Source: Octopus vulgaris
Lineage: Eukaryota
Direction: 5' to 3'
NCBI GenBank assembly: GCA_951406725.2
Contig: OX597814.1
Coordinates: 160,146,001 to 160,210,000 of the forward strand
DNA length: 64,000 nt
In this document: positions 38,208-55,152 of the stretch, piece by piece
Numbering within the stretch: the first letter of the stretch is position 1
How the letters are laid out: each line of letters opens with the position of its first letter
Notes under the pieces: generated by a model
Told to the model about the DNA's origin: nothing
Databases searched by the model: none
Seen by the model: only the letters and a program-made list of their open reading frames with translations
Translations under genes and position numbers: made by a program

Positions 38208-39086
38208 TGATATATCAATGGCCGGAACATGCAATCAAGGAATCTTTTCATGAAAGAAGTGTGTATAATTGTGAATAAATCACAATTATAACTCTTCTTG
38301 GTTTCAATCATTTTTGCAACGGAGAGGGTGGCAAAAACCCTTACATGTCTAGAAATAGCAGTCAAAACCGTTATAAAGCCACTATAACCACTCATATCTC
38401 TTCACAATAAAGCTGTCGGCGGGCAACTTGACATAAAATTCAAAACTTAATTACAAGGTTAGTCCTCTATTGGGATTTCGAAGTCAGGAACCAAAACGGT
38501 TCCACTCTTCTCTTCAGGAGAACATTCCTTTAGATACAAATTAACACAAAAAATATACCTTGGGGCTTAACATATGTCCCGACCGGCAAGTATAAGGTGT
38601 CAACTTTTATCTACATATTCTAATTCCAACTTTTATCTACATATTCTAATTCCAACGTCATGCACAGAAAAGACCAGTAAATCGAGCCACGGCGATAAAT
38701 TGGATATGAGTGAAAAATTAAATAGATGTAAAAACATTCCTATTGTTACCTGTTTATTATATGTATTAGCCCTCCAAACCAATTGAACCCCCTCCCCCCA
38801 AGAAGCCTAGAAGCACACTCATCATCCAAACTTTATCTGCCTCTCCCTACAGAACACTGAGGAGATGGAGATGGCATAAAAGATTTTGTTGCCTCTTGGC
38901 AGAAACGGCCGTAAGGAACTGATCTTTTGCTCTTTCTGTAATATAATAGCTGTGTATTTAACACATAGTTACTACATGTGTATGTTTTCTCCTAATACTT
39001 TCAAACGCTTTGGAATAAATAGACACAATGGAATGTCTACAAGTTGATGTATGTCGTTTTGCATCCTCTCAATTTTCTTATTTACC

Positions 39087-39135
<49 letters not shown>

Positions 39136-40037
39136 ACTGTCAATATATATATAAGCAAACACGCACACACATGCAAACACGCATACACATGCACATAACA
39201 AACACACATACACGTATGAACCATGAACCAACGGTAGGGAGAGAGAGAGAGAGAGACAGAGAGACAGAGACAGAGAGAGAGAGGGAAATAAAGAAAGACA
39301 AAAAGAAAGTAAGAAAGAATGAAAGAAAGTATGTGATAGCTTGATCTGGAAAAGAGCAATGCATATCGCTCAAATAACAGCTTTAGGTTTTAAAAATGAA
39401 ATGACAAGTAGGAAAAATATTGTCCTATGTAGATATACCGTGTACAAAAATAAGACGAGATGGACACAGCATGAACATCAACGATCATGGGTAAGTGTCA
39501 ACAAGCCTGACCTAGTGTTAATCAACAACAACAACAACATCAACAGTACGAACACCTGCATAACTGTTCACCGCTTTATGCCCATGTGCGCATACACATA
39601 TTAGATTTCAGACAGGTTGAACGACGGTTGAATAACTCAAGCAAGAAAGTGTATGTGTGTGTTTGTGCGTATGTGTGTGTGTATGCGTATGTGTGTTTGT
39701 GCGTGTGTGTGTGTGTGTGTACATATATGTGTGTGCGTACGTGCGTGCGTATGTGTGCATGTGTGTGTGTTTGTGTGTGTGCGCGCACATGTATTTGTGT
39801 CTGTGTGTGCGTATTTGCCAGCGCGCATGCAGGGAGACTGCGTGTGACAGAGAGAGAGAGAGAGAGAGACAGAGACAAAGACAGAGACAGAGAGCAAGAG
39901 ATAATAAGATAGATACATAGATAGGTACATAGACAGACAGATTGATATATATATATAGAAATCAAATATAAAATATAAAATATAAATTACAAAGTGGGAA
40001 TATATATGAAGAGATAGATAGACAGATAGATAGATAA

Positions 40038-40101
<64 letters not shown>

Positions 40102-40106
40102 GTAGG

Positions 40107-40182
<76 letters not shown>

Positions 40183-40603
40183 CAGACAGATAGATAGACA
40201 GATGAATGGATGCATGTACTGGTAGAGAGATATATAAATTCAAATGTTAGAGACTTATCATGCATAAATAAATGATTGTAGTATCATAAGAAACTGGCAC
40301 AAAACTATAATTAATATCAATAGCAAAAAGTCATTACAGGCAATAATATAAGACCATATAATGCATGTACAACTACGAGAAAGTATATTAATATGAAGCT
40401 GAATAGTTTATATACATACTTCAAGATTACATATCCTAAACACACACATGTACATGCACACACGTACACACAGACATATATATATGTATATTTATATATA
40501 CGTATATACAATGTGTATGTGTTTGTGTGTATTCGTATAAAGGTATATATATATTTATATATATATATATGTATGTATGTATGTATATATATTTGTATGT
40601 ATG

Positions 40604-40634
<31 letters not shown>

Positions 40635-40745
40635 ATATATTCTTCGTATATACAAGTATACATTTGTACACGTGTTTAAACACATATTAGTTTATTAGTG
40701 TATTCATATATGTATGCAGAAAACATACGTACATACATACATACA

Positions 40746-40835
<90 letters not shown>

Positions 40836-40899
40836 TGTATATCTATTTATCAATCTGTCTATCTACCTACCCATATATGTGAGTGTGTGTATGTGTGCG

Positions 40900-40930
<31 letters not shown>

Positions 40931-41057
40931 GTATATACATACATGAACACTTGAAAATGCAGCAGCTTAATATGTATACAAACCTATGCATAAGCACACG
41001 CAAAGGTGTTATATATGTGTGTGTATATATATATATGTATATATGTATGTATGTATG

Positions 41058-41102
<45 letters not shown>

Positions 41103-41214
41103 ATATATATATGTACATATATATATTTGTATATGTATATATATATATATGTACATATATATATTTGTATATATATATATATATACATATATATGTGTGT
41201 ATATATATGTATGT

Positions 41215-41548
41215 GTGAAGGCGCATGGCTCAGTGGTTAGAGCGTCGAGCTTACGATCGTGAGGTTGTGAGCTCGAATCCCGGACCGGGCTGCGTGTTGT
41301 GTTCTTGAGCAAAGCACTTTATTTCACGTTGCTCCAGTTCACTCAGCTGTAGAAATGAGTTGCGACGTCGCTGGTGCCAAGCTGTATCGACCTTTGTCTT
41401 TCCCTTGGATAACACTGGTGGCGTGGAGAGGGGAGGCTGGTATGCATGGGCGACTGCTGGTCTTCCATAAACAACCTTGCCCGGACTTGTGTCTAGGAGG
41501 GTAACTTTCTAGGTGCAATCCCATGGTCATTCATGACCGAAGGGGGTC
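41215..41548 (+). mobile_element. Full-length SINE family B
   Basis: TGGCTCAGTGG A-box, GCTCGAATCC B-box, body shared with 17874 and 32915 copies. Confidence 0.88.
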
Positions 41549-41988
41549 AAATAAAAAAATATTTGTATGTATGTATGTATGTATATGTATATTTACATAT
41601 GTATGTATATATGATAGGGCAATAATCTCAGTCTACAGCGTTTTTCCTAATACAAGTTAAGTTTCATGTGTATATTAAGTATTATGCATGCAGGTGTTTC
41701 TGTGTGTCTCTGAAGATGTGCATGTACGTGTGCGCGCGTGTATGTATGCATGTTTCCATGCATGGATTAATGGAATGGGACTAGTATATATCGGGGAAGT
41801 CCAAAATTGGTTTCCTCGGCACGCATTTATATATAGAGGATAAAATGTAATTCATTTTTAGCAACATGGCCTGCGGTGAGCTCATCTATTTCACAGGCAC
41901 GGTGGAGAGACCTTTGCAGCTGAAATATATGTATATATATATATATATGCGCACCCAACCACCTATACACACATGTGTTTATATATAT

Positions 41989-42142
41989 AGGCGCAGGAGT
42001 GGCTGTGTGGTAAGTAGCTTGCTAACCAACCACATGGTTCCGGGTTCAGTCCCACTGCGTGGCACGTGTCTTCTGCTATAGCCCCGGACCGACCAATGCC
42101 TTGTGAGTGGATTTGGTAGACGGAAACTGAAAGAAGCCTGTC

Positions 42143-42200
<58 letters not shown>

Positions 42201-42420
42201 ATGTGTGTGTGTGTTTGTGTGTCTGTGTTTGTCCCCCTAGCATTGCTTGACAACCGATGCTGGTGTATTTACATCCCCGTCACTTAGCGGTTCGGCAAAA
42301 GAGAACCATAGAATAAGTACTGGGCTTACAAAGAATAAGTCCCGTGGTCGAGTTGCTCGACTAAAGGCGGTGCTCCAGCATGGCCGCAGTCAACTGACTG
42401 AAAGAAGTAAAAGAGAGTAA
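41989..42420 (+). mobile_element. Full-length SINE family C
   Basis: Close match to 31813-32220. Confidence 0.88.
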
Positions 42421-42671
42421 AGGAGAATATATATATATATACACACATATATATATATATATATAAATATACACATACACACACATATTCAAAAGCGTAT
42501 GTGGGTACTTCACCAACAGTAAACAACATGAAATACGAAAACAAATGAGTTCAATAAACAAACAGTAAGAGAAATAAATAGAAAACAGGACAAGTAACAC
42601 AAAGAACGACCCTTCATCAGTTGTCGGCTGTCTATTCACTCCTCATGTCGAGCAGTCTATCTATATACATA

Positions 42672-42835
<164 letters not shown>

Positions 42836-43435
42836 TATATACATACATACATACATACATACATACATACATACATACATACACACATATATCTATAGAT
42901 ATATATAGACATACACACACACACATATATACACGTGCGCACGCGCATATATCCATATATTCACAGATATATACTCACATATATAAATACACATATAAAT
43001 ATACTCTATTACTTTGTCTGTCTGTCTGTCTGTATGTATGTATGTATGTATGTATGCGTGCATGTATATGAATATATATATATATTTATATACACGCACA
43101 CACACACACCACACACTCATACACGCACGCACACACACTACACATACACTCACGCACGCACGCATACACGCAAACACACACACACACATTTATGTGTGTG
43201 TATATATATATATATATATACATGCACGCATCACTCGCAGAGATACAACCGTACACATGCATAAACGTCGATAAACTTCGTAGAAACTGGCTAAAGTGTG
43301 CGTGTGGGTGTATGTGAGCGTGATTGTGTGTGTACGTGTGTTTGTGTCTGTGTGTGTGTGTTTGTGTGCCGGTGTGTATGTGTGTCTCTCTCTCTCTATA
43401 TATACATATATATGTTTTTGTTTTTGTGTGCCAGC

Positions 43436-43747
43436 GTACGTACGTCACGGTCGTGTGTAGAGGGCGGCGCCCCGCTCATCTGTGTAGTACTAGCGGCGGC
43501 TTCAGAGTTCTTCTCTGCCAGCCGTTGGATGCCTCCGTGCCAACAGCTGCCGCCAATCCCGCCGCTACCTTGGCCGGCGCCAGCATAAACACAGCGAGTG
43601 AGGGGAGGAGTGACTGGAAGCATCAACCTTAGCCACTATTGTGGTGGTTGGATGAGCGGAGATTTGTGTACAGGACTATACGCGCCTCTTGTGTCTGCAA
43701 ACATACCGACCATACACTCAGGGTTTACCCTAGTCGACATGCTTAAG
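43436..43747 (+). other. CpG-rich unique island; candidate first exon ending ATG CTT AAG|GTAAGA
   Basis: Most GC/CpG-rich non-repeat island in the window; consensus donor AAG|GTAAG at 43747/43748; in-frame ATGs at ~43652 and 43739; 5' boundary approximate. Confidence 0.5.
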
Positions 43748-43887
43748 GTAAGAAAACGAGCCGATTATTATTATTATTATCATTATAAATTTTGTTTCCC
43801 TCTCAATTCGGTTCCACATGGATAAATCATCATATCAACATAACAACATGAAGCACTACACCTATAATCATATCGATATCTATCACT

Positions 43888-43888
43888 C

Positions 43889-43987
<99 letters not shown>

Positions 43988-44100
43988 ATCTATCTATTTA
44001 TTTATTTAACTATCTCTCTATCTGTCCGTCTATCAAAATGACCGTCTATCTGTCAATCCATTTCTATATCTATTGATACGTCTATCTATCTATTCGTCTG

Positions 44101-44170
<70 letters not shown>

Positions 44171-44171
44171 A

Positions 44172-44266
<95 letters not shown>

Positions 44267-44352
44267 ATCTATCTTCTGTCTGTTTGTCTGTCTGTTTATC
44301 TATCTATCTATCGGTTTGTCTGTCTGTCTGTCTGTCAATCAATCAATCTATC

Positions 44353-44445
<93 letters not shown>

Positions 44446-45195
44446 GTCTGTCTGTCTCTCTCTCTGTCTGTGTGTCTGTGTGTCTGTCTGTCTGTGTGTC
44501 TGTGTGTCTGTCTGTCTGTGTATCTATCTATTTATTTATCATCCTACCTATTTCACTCAGTCGACCTTACCTATCAACCTTACCCTGCCAAATATGTCTG
44601 CGTATGGGTATGTTTCTAATACTTGTGCTTGGCGTGAAACCCCGAGTAGCAACAAGGTAATACCTCAGACATAAACACATATATGTATACATGTCGGTGA
44701 GTTTGCGTTCTTCCCTATACATATGAGCGTGTGTGTGTGTGGAGGGGGGGGGAGTGTGCGTGTTTGTGTGTTCATGTGCATGTGTGTGTGGAGACGCGAG
44801 TGTGTATACGCTTGTAGAAATATACCTACATTTATACACACACACAACACAGATATACATACATACATTTATACATACATACACACACACATCCATCCAT
44901 CCATCCATCCATCCATCCATCCACCCATCCATACATACATCCATCCATCCATCCATCCATCCATACATACATCCATCCATCCATCCATCCATCCATGCAT
45001 ACATACATACATACATACATACATACATACATCCATCCATCCATACATACATACATACATACATACATCCATACATACATACATACATACATACATACAT
45101 ACATACATACATGCATACATACATACATACATCCATACATACATACATACATACATACATACATACATACATACATACATACATGCATACATCTG
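43888..45195. repeat. Long compound (TATC)/(TGTC)/(CATC)/(CATA) microsatellite region
   Basis: Direct read; short unique interruptions. Confidence 0.92.
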
Positions 45196-45475
45196 CATAT
45201 GCATATCAGGAATGTTTTAAATTATGCGCATTTGGAAATTTATAGAAATACATCTGAACATATGCTCGACGCTTTATTTTAAATATATTATAATTCACCC
45301 AGCACATGCATTACGTAAAATATTCGAGCATATTACAAAGGTAACTAAATATTATGTACAACATTTAACTGAGTTTGCACAGAACCGCTTTATACCCAAA
45401 ACATGTAAGAGTGTGCATGAATTTGCGTACAAATTTGTGCACACAAGGATATAATTATTATACATGAATATTCGA

Positions 45476-45524
<49 letters not shown>

Positions 45525-45601
45525 AATATAAATACATTTATATCTACATACATATATACCCATCTAATTTACGTGGTAAAATATATATGCATAAGTATGT
45601 A

Positions 45602-45637
<36 letters not shown>

Positions 45638-45667
45638 GCATATATACATATATACATGCATACATAC

Positions 45668-45704
<37 letters not shown>

Positions 45705-45814
45705 CCTTAAAATTTAAAATATATATATATATATATACATATATATATACATATATATATACATATATATATGCATGTATGTATATATATACAGATACAT
45801 ATATGTGTATATAC

Positions 45815-45848
<34 letters not shown>

Positions 45849-45905
45849 AATGAAGTAAATGAAAAACAGGACGCAAAGGATTTTGCGTTACTTAAAGCCC
45901 GAAAC

Positions 45906-45938
<33 letters not shown>

Positions 45939-45991
45939 TATATATGTACGTATATTTTTATACATATATATGTATATATATATATATATGT

Positions 45992-46063
<72 letters not shown>

Positions 46064-46239
46064 GTATACACACACACATACATATACATATATATACATA
46101 TATATATAATCATATCTACCCTTAAATAGAGTACTCTTCTGCTGAACTTACCTTAACAGAACAGTAAGGTATAAATACATATAACTATATATATAAGTGT
46201 GTAATATACATACATACATATATATACACACACACACAC

Positions 46240-46295
<56 letters not shown>

Positions 46296-46912
46296 TTGTG
46301 TGTGTGTGTGTGTGTATAAAAGACACACACATATTTTCCGATATACAAGCATATAAATGTATGTATATATACATTTTTAAATACATAATTATATAAACAT
46401 GCAGATATAAATATATATTTTCATACACACACAAACACACACACACATGTTTGTATATAATCAAACACATTAACAAGTGCTAAGTAGCGACAGGAGAGTA
46501 TGCGACAATACATGGATATTCGGATACAGGTGACTGAACAATAGATGGATAAACGGATTGGCAGATAGACAGGTGGAAGGATGGTCGAACCGATGGATTG
46601 ATGAGTGGAAGGGTGTGCTGGTGTATGGATGGAGCGAAGGAGGGAGATGGGCTGGATGGGTTCCCAGATGAATGGACAGATGGAGGTTTTGAATGATGTA
46701 TGGATTGACAGATGTAAAGAGGTAAGTATATAGTTGGATAGAAAGACAGACAAACAGATAGACAGACAGGCAGGCAGGCAGGCAGACAGACAGAAAGACA
46801 AGCAGAAAGACAGGCATATATATATATATATATATATGTGTGTGATTTTTGCTACCCAGGTATCGGTTATAATTTTGAATAATCCGTAACAAGATAATTC
46901 ATTTATCCATTT

Positions 46913-47034
<122 letters not shown>

Positions 47035-47372
47035 GATAGATAGATAGATAGATAAATGGATGAATGAATGGTTGGGTATATAGATAGAAAGAAGTGTGAA
47101 GAGGAATAAAGTATTAGGAAGCTAAATGTTTGGATTAATGAATGGATGGAAACACCAGAATGATGGACAAGCAGATACGTAACAGAAAATAAAAAAATTG
47201 GCGGACTATAGACAGAATATTTATTTCCATAGCACGGCATACAGGGATGGTTTCATTTACTATTTTGTACATCACATACAAATGTGTACAGCATGAGTAA
47301 TCATATCTTATATCTTCGCACACTAACATGCACATGTTATATATATACATAGAGAGCGAGACACCTACAGAC

Positions 47373-47574
<202 letters not shown>

Positions 47575-47842
47575 TTTGTGTGTGTGTGCATACATTATAC
47601 TGAAAATATCCGTATACAGACGCGAACATATAGTGAAAGGGATGTATGTTGTGAGACTTTCTACAACTCCACTCTCTCTTTCGACTTATATGTATGCACT
47701 CATACACATGGAAGTACACATTATATTCATGTCTTCCGTGCATGTATGTATGTCTATATGTGCACTTATATGCATGGGTATGTGTGTGTATGCAGATAGA
47801 CACATGAATAAATACATAAACCTATGCATGGATCGATATATA

Positions 47843-47897
<55 letters not shown>

Positions 47898-47910
47898 ATA
47901 TATACATATG

Positions 47911-47952
<42 letters not shown>

Positions 47953-48093
47953 TATATATATAAATATAGTCATAAGTGTACATTTCAATATATACATCTA
48001 TACATATGTATATATATGTATGTATAGACGTAGATAAGCATACACATGTACATATGGATGTGCATATATATATATACATTCTTATACATAAGA

Positions 48094-48207
<114 letters not shown>

Positions 48208-48627
48208 CACATATGAGTATGTCTGCATACATGTATATATATAATTATGATCATGAGCGCAATATTTGCTAATACTGTCACCAATGCTACATACACGCCA
48301 ATGCTACATATCACTCTAATTTTCCCTTTCTATATAACTCTATTTCTTTATTTTTCTATTCTACCTGAATACAATATTGGGTACATTACACATATACTTA
48401 GGCATGTACACATACATTCTAAATATGCTTAGCTACTTACGTGCATGCATGGTGGGATCCCGGTACGGCCGCAGTCGAATGACTGAAACAAGTACAGAAT
48501 AAAAGAATACATACATACGTTACAACAGTAATATGTGTAACGTTGCATATACTGGTATAACACATGTATTTATGTGTGTGAGTGTGAGACGTATATGTAT
48601 ATATACCTATATACATATATACTTACG

Positions 48628-48660
<33 letters not shown>

Positions 48661-48761
48661 ATATATGTATATGTATATATATATATTTATATACATACAT
48701 ATATATATATGTACGTATGTATATGTGTTTGTGTATATATATATATATATCCTATATATAT

Positions 48762-48802
<41 letters not shown>

Positions 48803-48930
48803 GAGAATTCACACAAAAAACAAAAGACGAAGACAGGTGGTGGAGACAACAAACAGATGTATTAGTATAACGCTCGGGAAGTGAAAAAATCTTTAACGTT
48901 TCGAGCCTACACTCTTCCATATATATATAG

Positions 48931-49030
<100 letters not shown>

Positions 49031-49080
49031 ACACACATACACAGAGTCAGTAACTCACAAATCTGTAAGAGAGTAGTAGA

Positions 49081-49262
49081 GTAATTAGACAAAAACCAGT
49101 GATGGCCGGTTTATGAGATTACCCAGGGTTTCACGTCCATAAAGCGCTCAACTTTACAGCGTCTCTTCAGAGTCTGAATAGACCCTGAAAAGCTAAGCCC
49201 TTTACCTATGTGAAACCCTGGGTAAACCCGTAGACCAATCATCGCTGTCTTTATCTAATTAC
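49081..49262. mobile_element. Old MITE-like element with ~54-bp diverged TIRs
   Basis: GTAATTAGA...TTACCCAGGGTTTCAC / GTGAAACCCTGGGTAA...TCTAATTAC. Confidence 0.65.
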
Positions 49263-49395
49263 ACACACACATACGTATATATATAAGTTCCAACACATGA
49301 GATTCACTGGCTGTGATTCTGTTGCTAAATATTAATAAAAACATACATACACTCATATCTTGAATTCCACTTTTCCTATTTCAAATACCAACCTA

Positions 49396-49450
<55 letters not shown>

Positions 49451-49541
49451 TACATATACATATATATGTGTGTATATATATATATATATATTTGTGTATA
49501 TATATATACTGTTCAAGTTAGGCATGCATACATATGTATAT

Positions 49542-50285
49542 ATGCATTTTGGGAGAAAAAACCCACCATGCATTTTGGGAGAAAAAACCCTGCGTTCACT
49601 TACTCCCTCCACAACACTGATATCAAGAAATCCTCTTGCGAGCGTGACCTAGGCATCACTGTCAGCAGTGATTTGCGTTGGTCAAAGCATATCTCTAAGA
49701 TTGTCAGGAAGGCCGAGGGTGTCTTGGCATCACTCAGCAGGTCTTTTGTTAGCCGCTCTCCAGCCATCTATTTAAAACTGTATACAGCTATGGTACGACC
49801 ACACTTGGAATTCGCATCATCAGTTTGGAACCCCTATCTTGCACAGAACATTGACCTCCTGGAATCTGTCCAGAGACGTGCAACCAAACGCATACCCTCC
49901 ATCAGACACCTACCATATTCTGAGCGCCTTGTTTCCCTGGGCATGGATTCACTGAAGCTCCGGCGTTTGGCGACGGACTTGGTAAACACCCACAAAGTTA
50001 TCAACCACCTCACCAACAACAACACTGAACACCTTTTTGATCTCCATGTGTCTAACACACGTGGACATGCCTACAAAGTCAGAAAACAATACAGCTCCCA
50101 TGACTTTCGGAAACATTTTTTCACGCTCAGAGTTGCTGAAGCATGGAATAAACTGCCTGCGTCAGTTGTTGACTGCCATGACACTGCATCTTTTAAGGCC
50201 CTCATGCTTTCCGAAATCCGCCGAAACTACACCTGATTATATATACACTTTAGATGAGTTGTAGTGCACCTGAGCACTGTACACA

Positions 50286-50332
<47 letters not shown>
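49542..50332 (+). mobile_element. CR1/L2-clade LINE 3' end with (ATT)n tail
   Basis: Open frame [66 protein letters not shown] to stop at 50236. Confidence 0.92.
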
Positions 50333-50333
<1 letters not shown>

Positions 50334-50481
50334 TTATATCTATGTGTATATATAAAAACATATATACACAATGCACATATATGTATACGCACCTTACACA
50401 TGTATATGCATATACATATACATACATTATACATGTATATACATATATCTATACATGTATATATACATATATATATATATA

Positions 50482-50544
<63 letters not shown>

Positions 50545-51124
50545 GTCTATGTATGCATACATAAATAAATATATACACACATATAGACAGATACTGATAT
50601 ATATCACAATAACCAACCAGTAATCATATCATTTAGTGCAATATGCAAATACGTATATACCTATGTAGCAACTGTTATACTTAAAAAAAAACCCTACTGA
50701 ATTCGTTATGCTACCCACAAAATAATTACGAAACGTGGTATGAGACTAATGCGTAAAAAGACACTTTAAGAAATTAAACACAAATTCTCTTCAATTTCAT
50801 TAACAACTGCTTTTCTTGCATATATGTATGTATGCATGTATGTATGTATTTATGTATGTATGTATGTATGTATGTATGTATGTATGCATGCATGTATGTA
50901 TGTATGTATGTATGTATGTATGTATGTATTTATGCATGCATGTATGTATGTATGTATATATGTATGTATATGTGTGTGTGTGTATTCTTCATGAGTACCA
51001 AATTAGTACACCTGTTCTTGTTCTCTCACCTGTCTTCGACTTTTCCTTTCTGTATATCTGAGCTATAGGGATAGATAGATAGATAGATAAGTAGATACAT
51101 AGATACACGTACATATGCAGGTAT

Positions 51125-51220
<96 letters not shown>

Positions 51221-51523
51221 CATATATATAGGAATATTTGTTGGTGAAGATGTTCATTAATTTGTATCCATTAGAACTCTCCGTTTTCAAACTTTATAAT
51301 TATATATATATATAAAATAAAATACAAAATGGGACAAGAACGCAAAACACCCGGACTACTAGGTGATACAAAAAGGGACAGCAAAACATGCAGATAGACG
51401 ATACAAAAAAAAAAAAACAAGGACGGGTCATTCGAAGCCTTTTATCTTCAGTCAAGAACCGGATCATCCTCGCAATTTCGGCTGATTAATCTTCGTATAA
51501 ATATATATCTATGTATATATATG

Positions 51524-51554
<31 letters not shown>

Positions 51555-51563
51555 GTATGTATG

Positions 51564-51677
<114 letters not shown>

Positions 51678-51815
51678 TATATATAAATAGGTAGATATAT
51701 AGATAGATAGATAAAACTTTCTCGGAAGAGGATGCATGGCGTTCAATCCTATAGTAATGTAAATAATATATATATGCATATATACATACGCATATATACA
51801 TAATTACCTCTGTAC

Positions 51816-51857
<42 letters not shown>

Positions 51858-51950
51858 CATATATATATATATATATATTTGTATGTATGAAATTATATAC
51901 GTGTAGATGCAAGTATGTACATATACGTATGTATATATGCATATATATGA

Positions 51951-51988
<38 letters not shown>

Positions 51989-52439
51989 TATATCATTTAT
52001 ATATATGTAAATATGTATATATATTATATACACTTTCAGATACGTTTATATATAAACACACATATATTACATACTGATTAATTTATACATATTTATAAAG
52101 ATGCATATATTCATATGTAGATATGTATAATGATATTGCTTTTATATGCAATATCGTTAGGTGTCCATGTATATGTATATATAATGTGTATACAGAAATT
52201 TAAGTATGCTTGTATGTATGTATGTATGTATGTATAAGAGACTACCACCGATCTATATTTGAACAAATTCATGATCTGAAAACCCAAATATCTGATCAGT
52301 GCGGAAATATTTCCACGGAACAAGTGTTGGTTATAACGGATGTAGAGGTTGAGCTTAGAGCACATACACACACTCACACACACACACAAACACACACACG
52401 CGCGCGCGCACACACATCCATATAAATATATACATATGT

Positions 52440-52754
52440 ACAGGGTAAGGAGCAGATACTGTAATAGCCTGGGGTTCAGGGGCCCTCAGCTGTTCAACAA
52501 ACTGCCAAGAAAACTAAGAGATCTACATGATGCGGATGTGGACATTTTCAAAAAACATCTAGACAAGCTGCTTTCCGGGATCCCAGATGAACCCACTGCA
52601 AGGTACGAAGGTAACCTAAGGGCAGCAGCTACAAACTCTCTCTTAGATCAGTGGCCAGCCACGGCAAACTGGACTTAGAGAGGGTAGCAACAAGGGCGGT
52701 GCCCCAGCATGGCCTCAGCCGGATGGCTGAAACAAGTAAAAGAGTAAAAGAGTA
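52440..52754 (+). mobile_element. CR1-like LINE extreme 3' end whose tail matches SINE family C
   Basis: NSLGFRGPQLFNKLPRKLRD..FKKHLDKLLSGIPDEP..AATNSLLDQ then GGCGGTGCCCCAGCATGGCC..GCTGAAACAAGTAAAAGAGTAAAAGAG. Confidence 0.82.
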
Positions 52755-52998
52755 ATATATACTCAAGAATATATATGCATACATAACTATAGTAAATATA
52801 TGTGTATGTATGTGTGTGTGCGTATTAATATGCATCGATGTACATCAATATATGTATATACGCGTACATACATTTACACATACGCACACACAACACCGAC
52901 ACACTGACACATGCATATGTGTGTGCTTGTGTGTGTGTGTGCATGTGTGTGTGTGTTCGTGCGTGCATCTACATTTATATATATATATACACAGACAT

Positions 52999-53030
<32 letters not shown>

Positions 53031-53462
53031 TATATGTATATATATGTATATATATGTATATATCTATAGATATAGATATAGATAGATAGATACACATATA
53101 CATATAGACATATATATCTAATATATATGTGTGTGTGTGTATGTGTGTGTGTGTACATATATGTATATGTCGTTTGCGCATATAGTTATTATATAAAGGC
53201 AGTAAGTCTGTATGAGGCATGCTCAGCAGCAACAGTTATGTCCACAGAGACTGTGTTTTTCTTATGGAAATTAAGAAATCGTGTAATTACACTCAATAGT
53301 TAAGCAATTAGAAAGTTAGACGACGAAGATATGCGTGTGCGCATGTACATTCACACATACATACATATGTATACACACACGCACAGACACACACACACAC
53401 ATACACACACACATATATATATATAGCTATATTAAGTCCCTGAGTGAGATGGTAATTATATG

Positions 53463-53499
<37 letters not shown>

Positions 53500-53579
53500 A
53501 TATATATGTGTATGTATATAATAATATAAATAATATATATACATATGCATATATACACACATTCATGTACTTGCATACA

Positions 53580-53644
<65 letters not shown>

Positions 53645-53654
53645 CTAAATTCAA

Positions 53655-53865
53655 AATGTGACCTCGTGTGTACCATTGGCAATTTTTTTTCCTCTGTCTT
53701 CCCTTCTCGGGATCTTTCCTTCTCCTATGTTTCCGACGAAGAGCTCCGCTCGAAACGTTAAACCCTCCTTTTTCACTTCTTTCCTGAGCGTCCAATAATA
53801 CTATATTTGTTCCACGTCCTCGCATTGTTGTGTTTTTTTGTGTTTTCTTGTTTGGATTAACTTTA
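53655..53865 (+). mobile_element. Family P1-related Penelope-terminal-like repeat
   Basis: GTTT-CCGACGA-A-GAGC-TCC-GCTC-GAAACGTT-AAAC; 3' part matches 18640-18745. Confidence 0.6.
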
Positions 53866-54052
53866 TATATATACATGCATATATGGGTATAGGACTTCAA
53901 AAAAAAAAACGTGAACAAAATGAAAAACGAGAACAGAAAAAACAAAAGCGTTTTCGAAGCTAGGGACAAGACGTGACTTCGTGAAAGCAGTTGTTCCCGC
54001 AAAGCAAATAAAATAAAATTTGGGATTTTTTACGGAGGCTTAAAGTGGTAAC

Positions 54053-54124
<72 letters not shown>

Positions 54125-54210
54125 TTATGTATGTATGTTTGTATGTATGCATGTATGTATGTACATGCATGTATATACATGTGTGTGTGTTTATATGAAT
54201 CCTGCATATT

Positions 54211-54244
<34 letters not shown>

Positions 54245-54316
54245 CAATATATAGCAGAAGTCACTCAAGGTCCTAAAGTTTCATACGTTTGTACTTATAT
54301 GTGTGTGTGTATGTGC

Positions 54317-54353
<37 letters not shown>

Positions 54354-54485
54354 GTGTGTGTGTGTGTATGTGTGTGTGTGTGTGTGTAGTTTTACTCACA
54401 GTATCATTAAATATCATTCATTACTCTTTGGAATAGTAAGAAACATTTTGCTTTTATCCATGTAACTATAGCTATTTTTTCAACA

Positions 54486-54530
<45 letters not shown>

Positions 54531-55102
54531 CACATTTTCTCTCTCACTCTGTATACATGTATATGTATATGTGTGTGTGGGGGTTGTGTGTGTGTGTACA
54601 CATAGATATACATACTTACATATATTTATATATGAGTGTATCTGAATGTAAATATGTTTGCGTTTTTTTGGGCAGTTTGATACTGTGTTATATGATAATA
54701 AATTTATGTTAGGATAATTTCGAGTTCACTGAAATATTGCAGGTATATGATCCGCTTGTATGTTTAATTTAGTTAGTATATATTCGTTCATTATATAAAT
54801 ATATAAATATTATCATGTATACTATCGTAATACATAAATACGTGTGTGCGCGTTCGTTTGTATAAACATATTATCTTTCAATGTATGTATAGATATATGT
54901 ACACTCAACACGTACTCACACACACACACATATGTATATATACATGTATTTGCATGCACACACGCATTCTCGAAAAGAATATGATCTCTGTTCAAGTAAA
55001 ATTTTGATATACTACTAAAATCTACTAAAACGCTTTGAGCAAATCTCCAGAAGAACATAAAATTCTTGTTATATATGATTTGACATAAAAAATGTATTTA
55101 CT

Positions 55103-55152
<50 letters not shown>

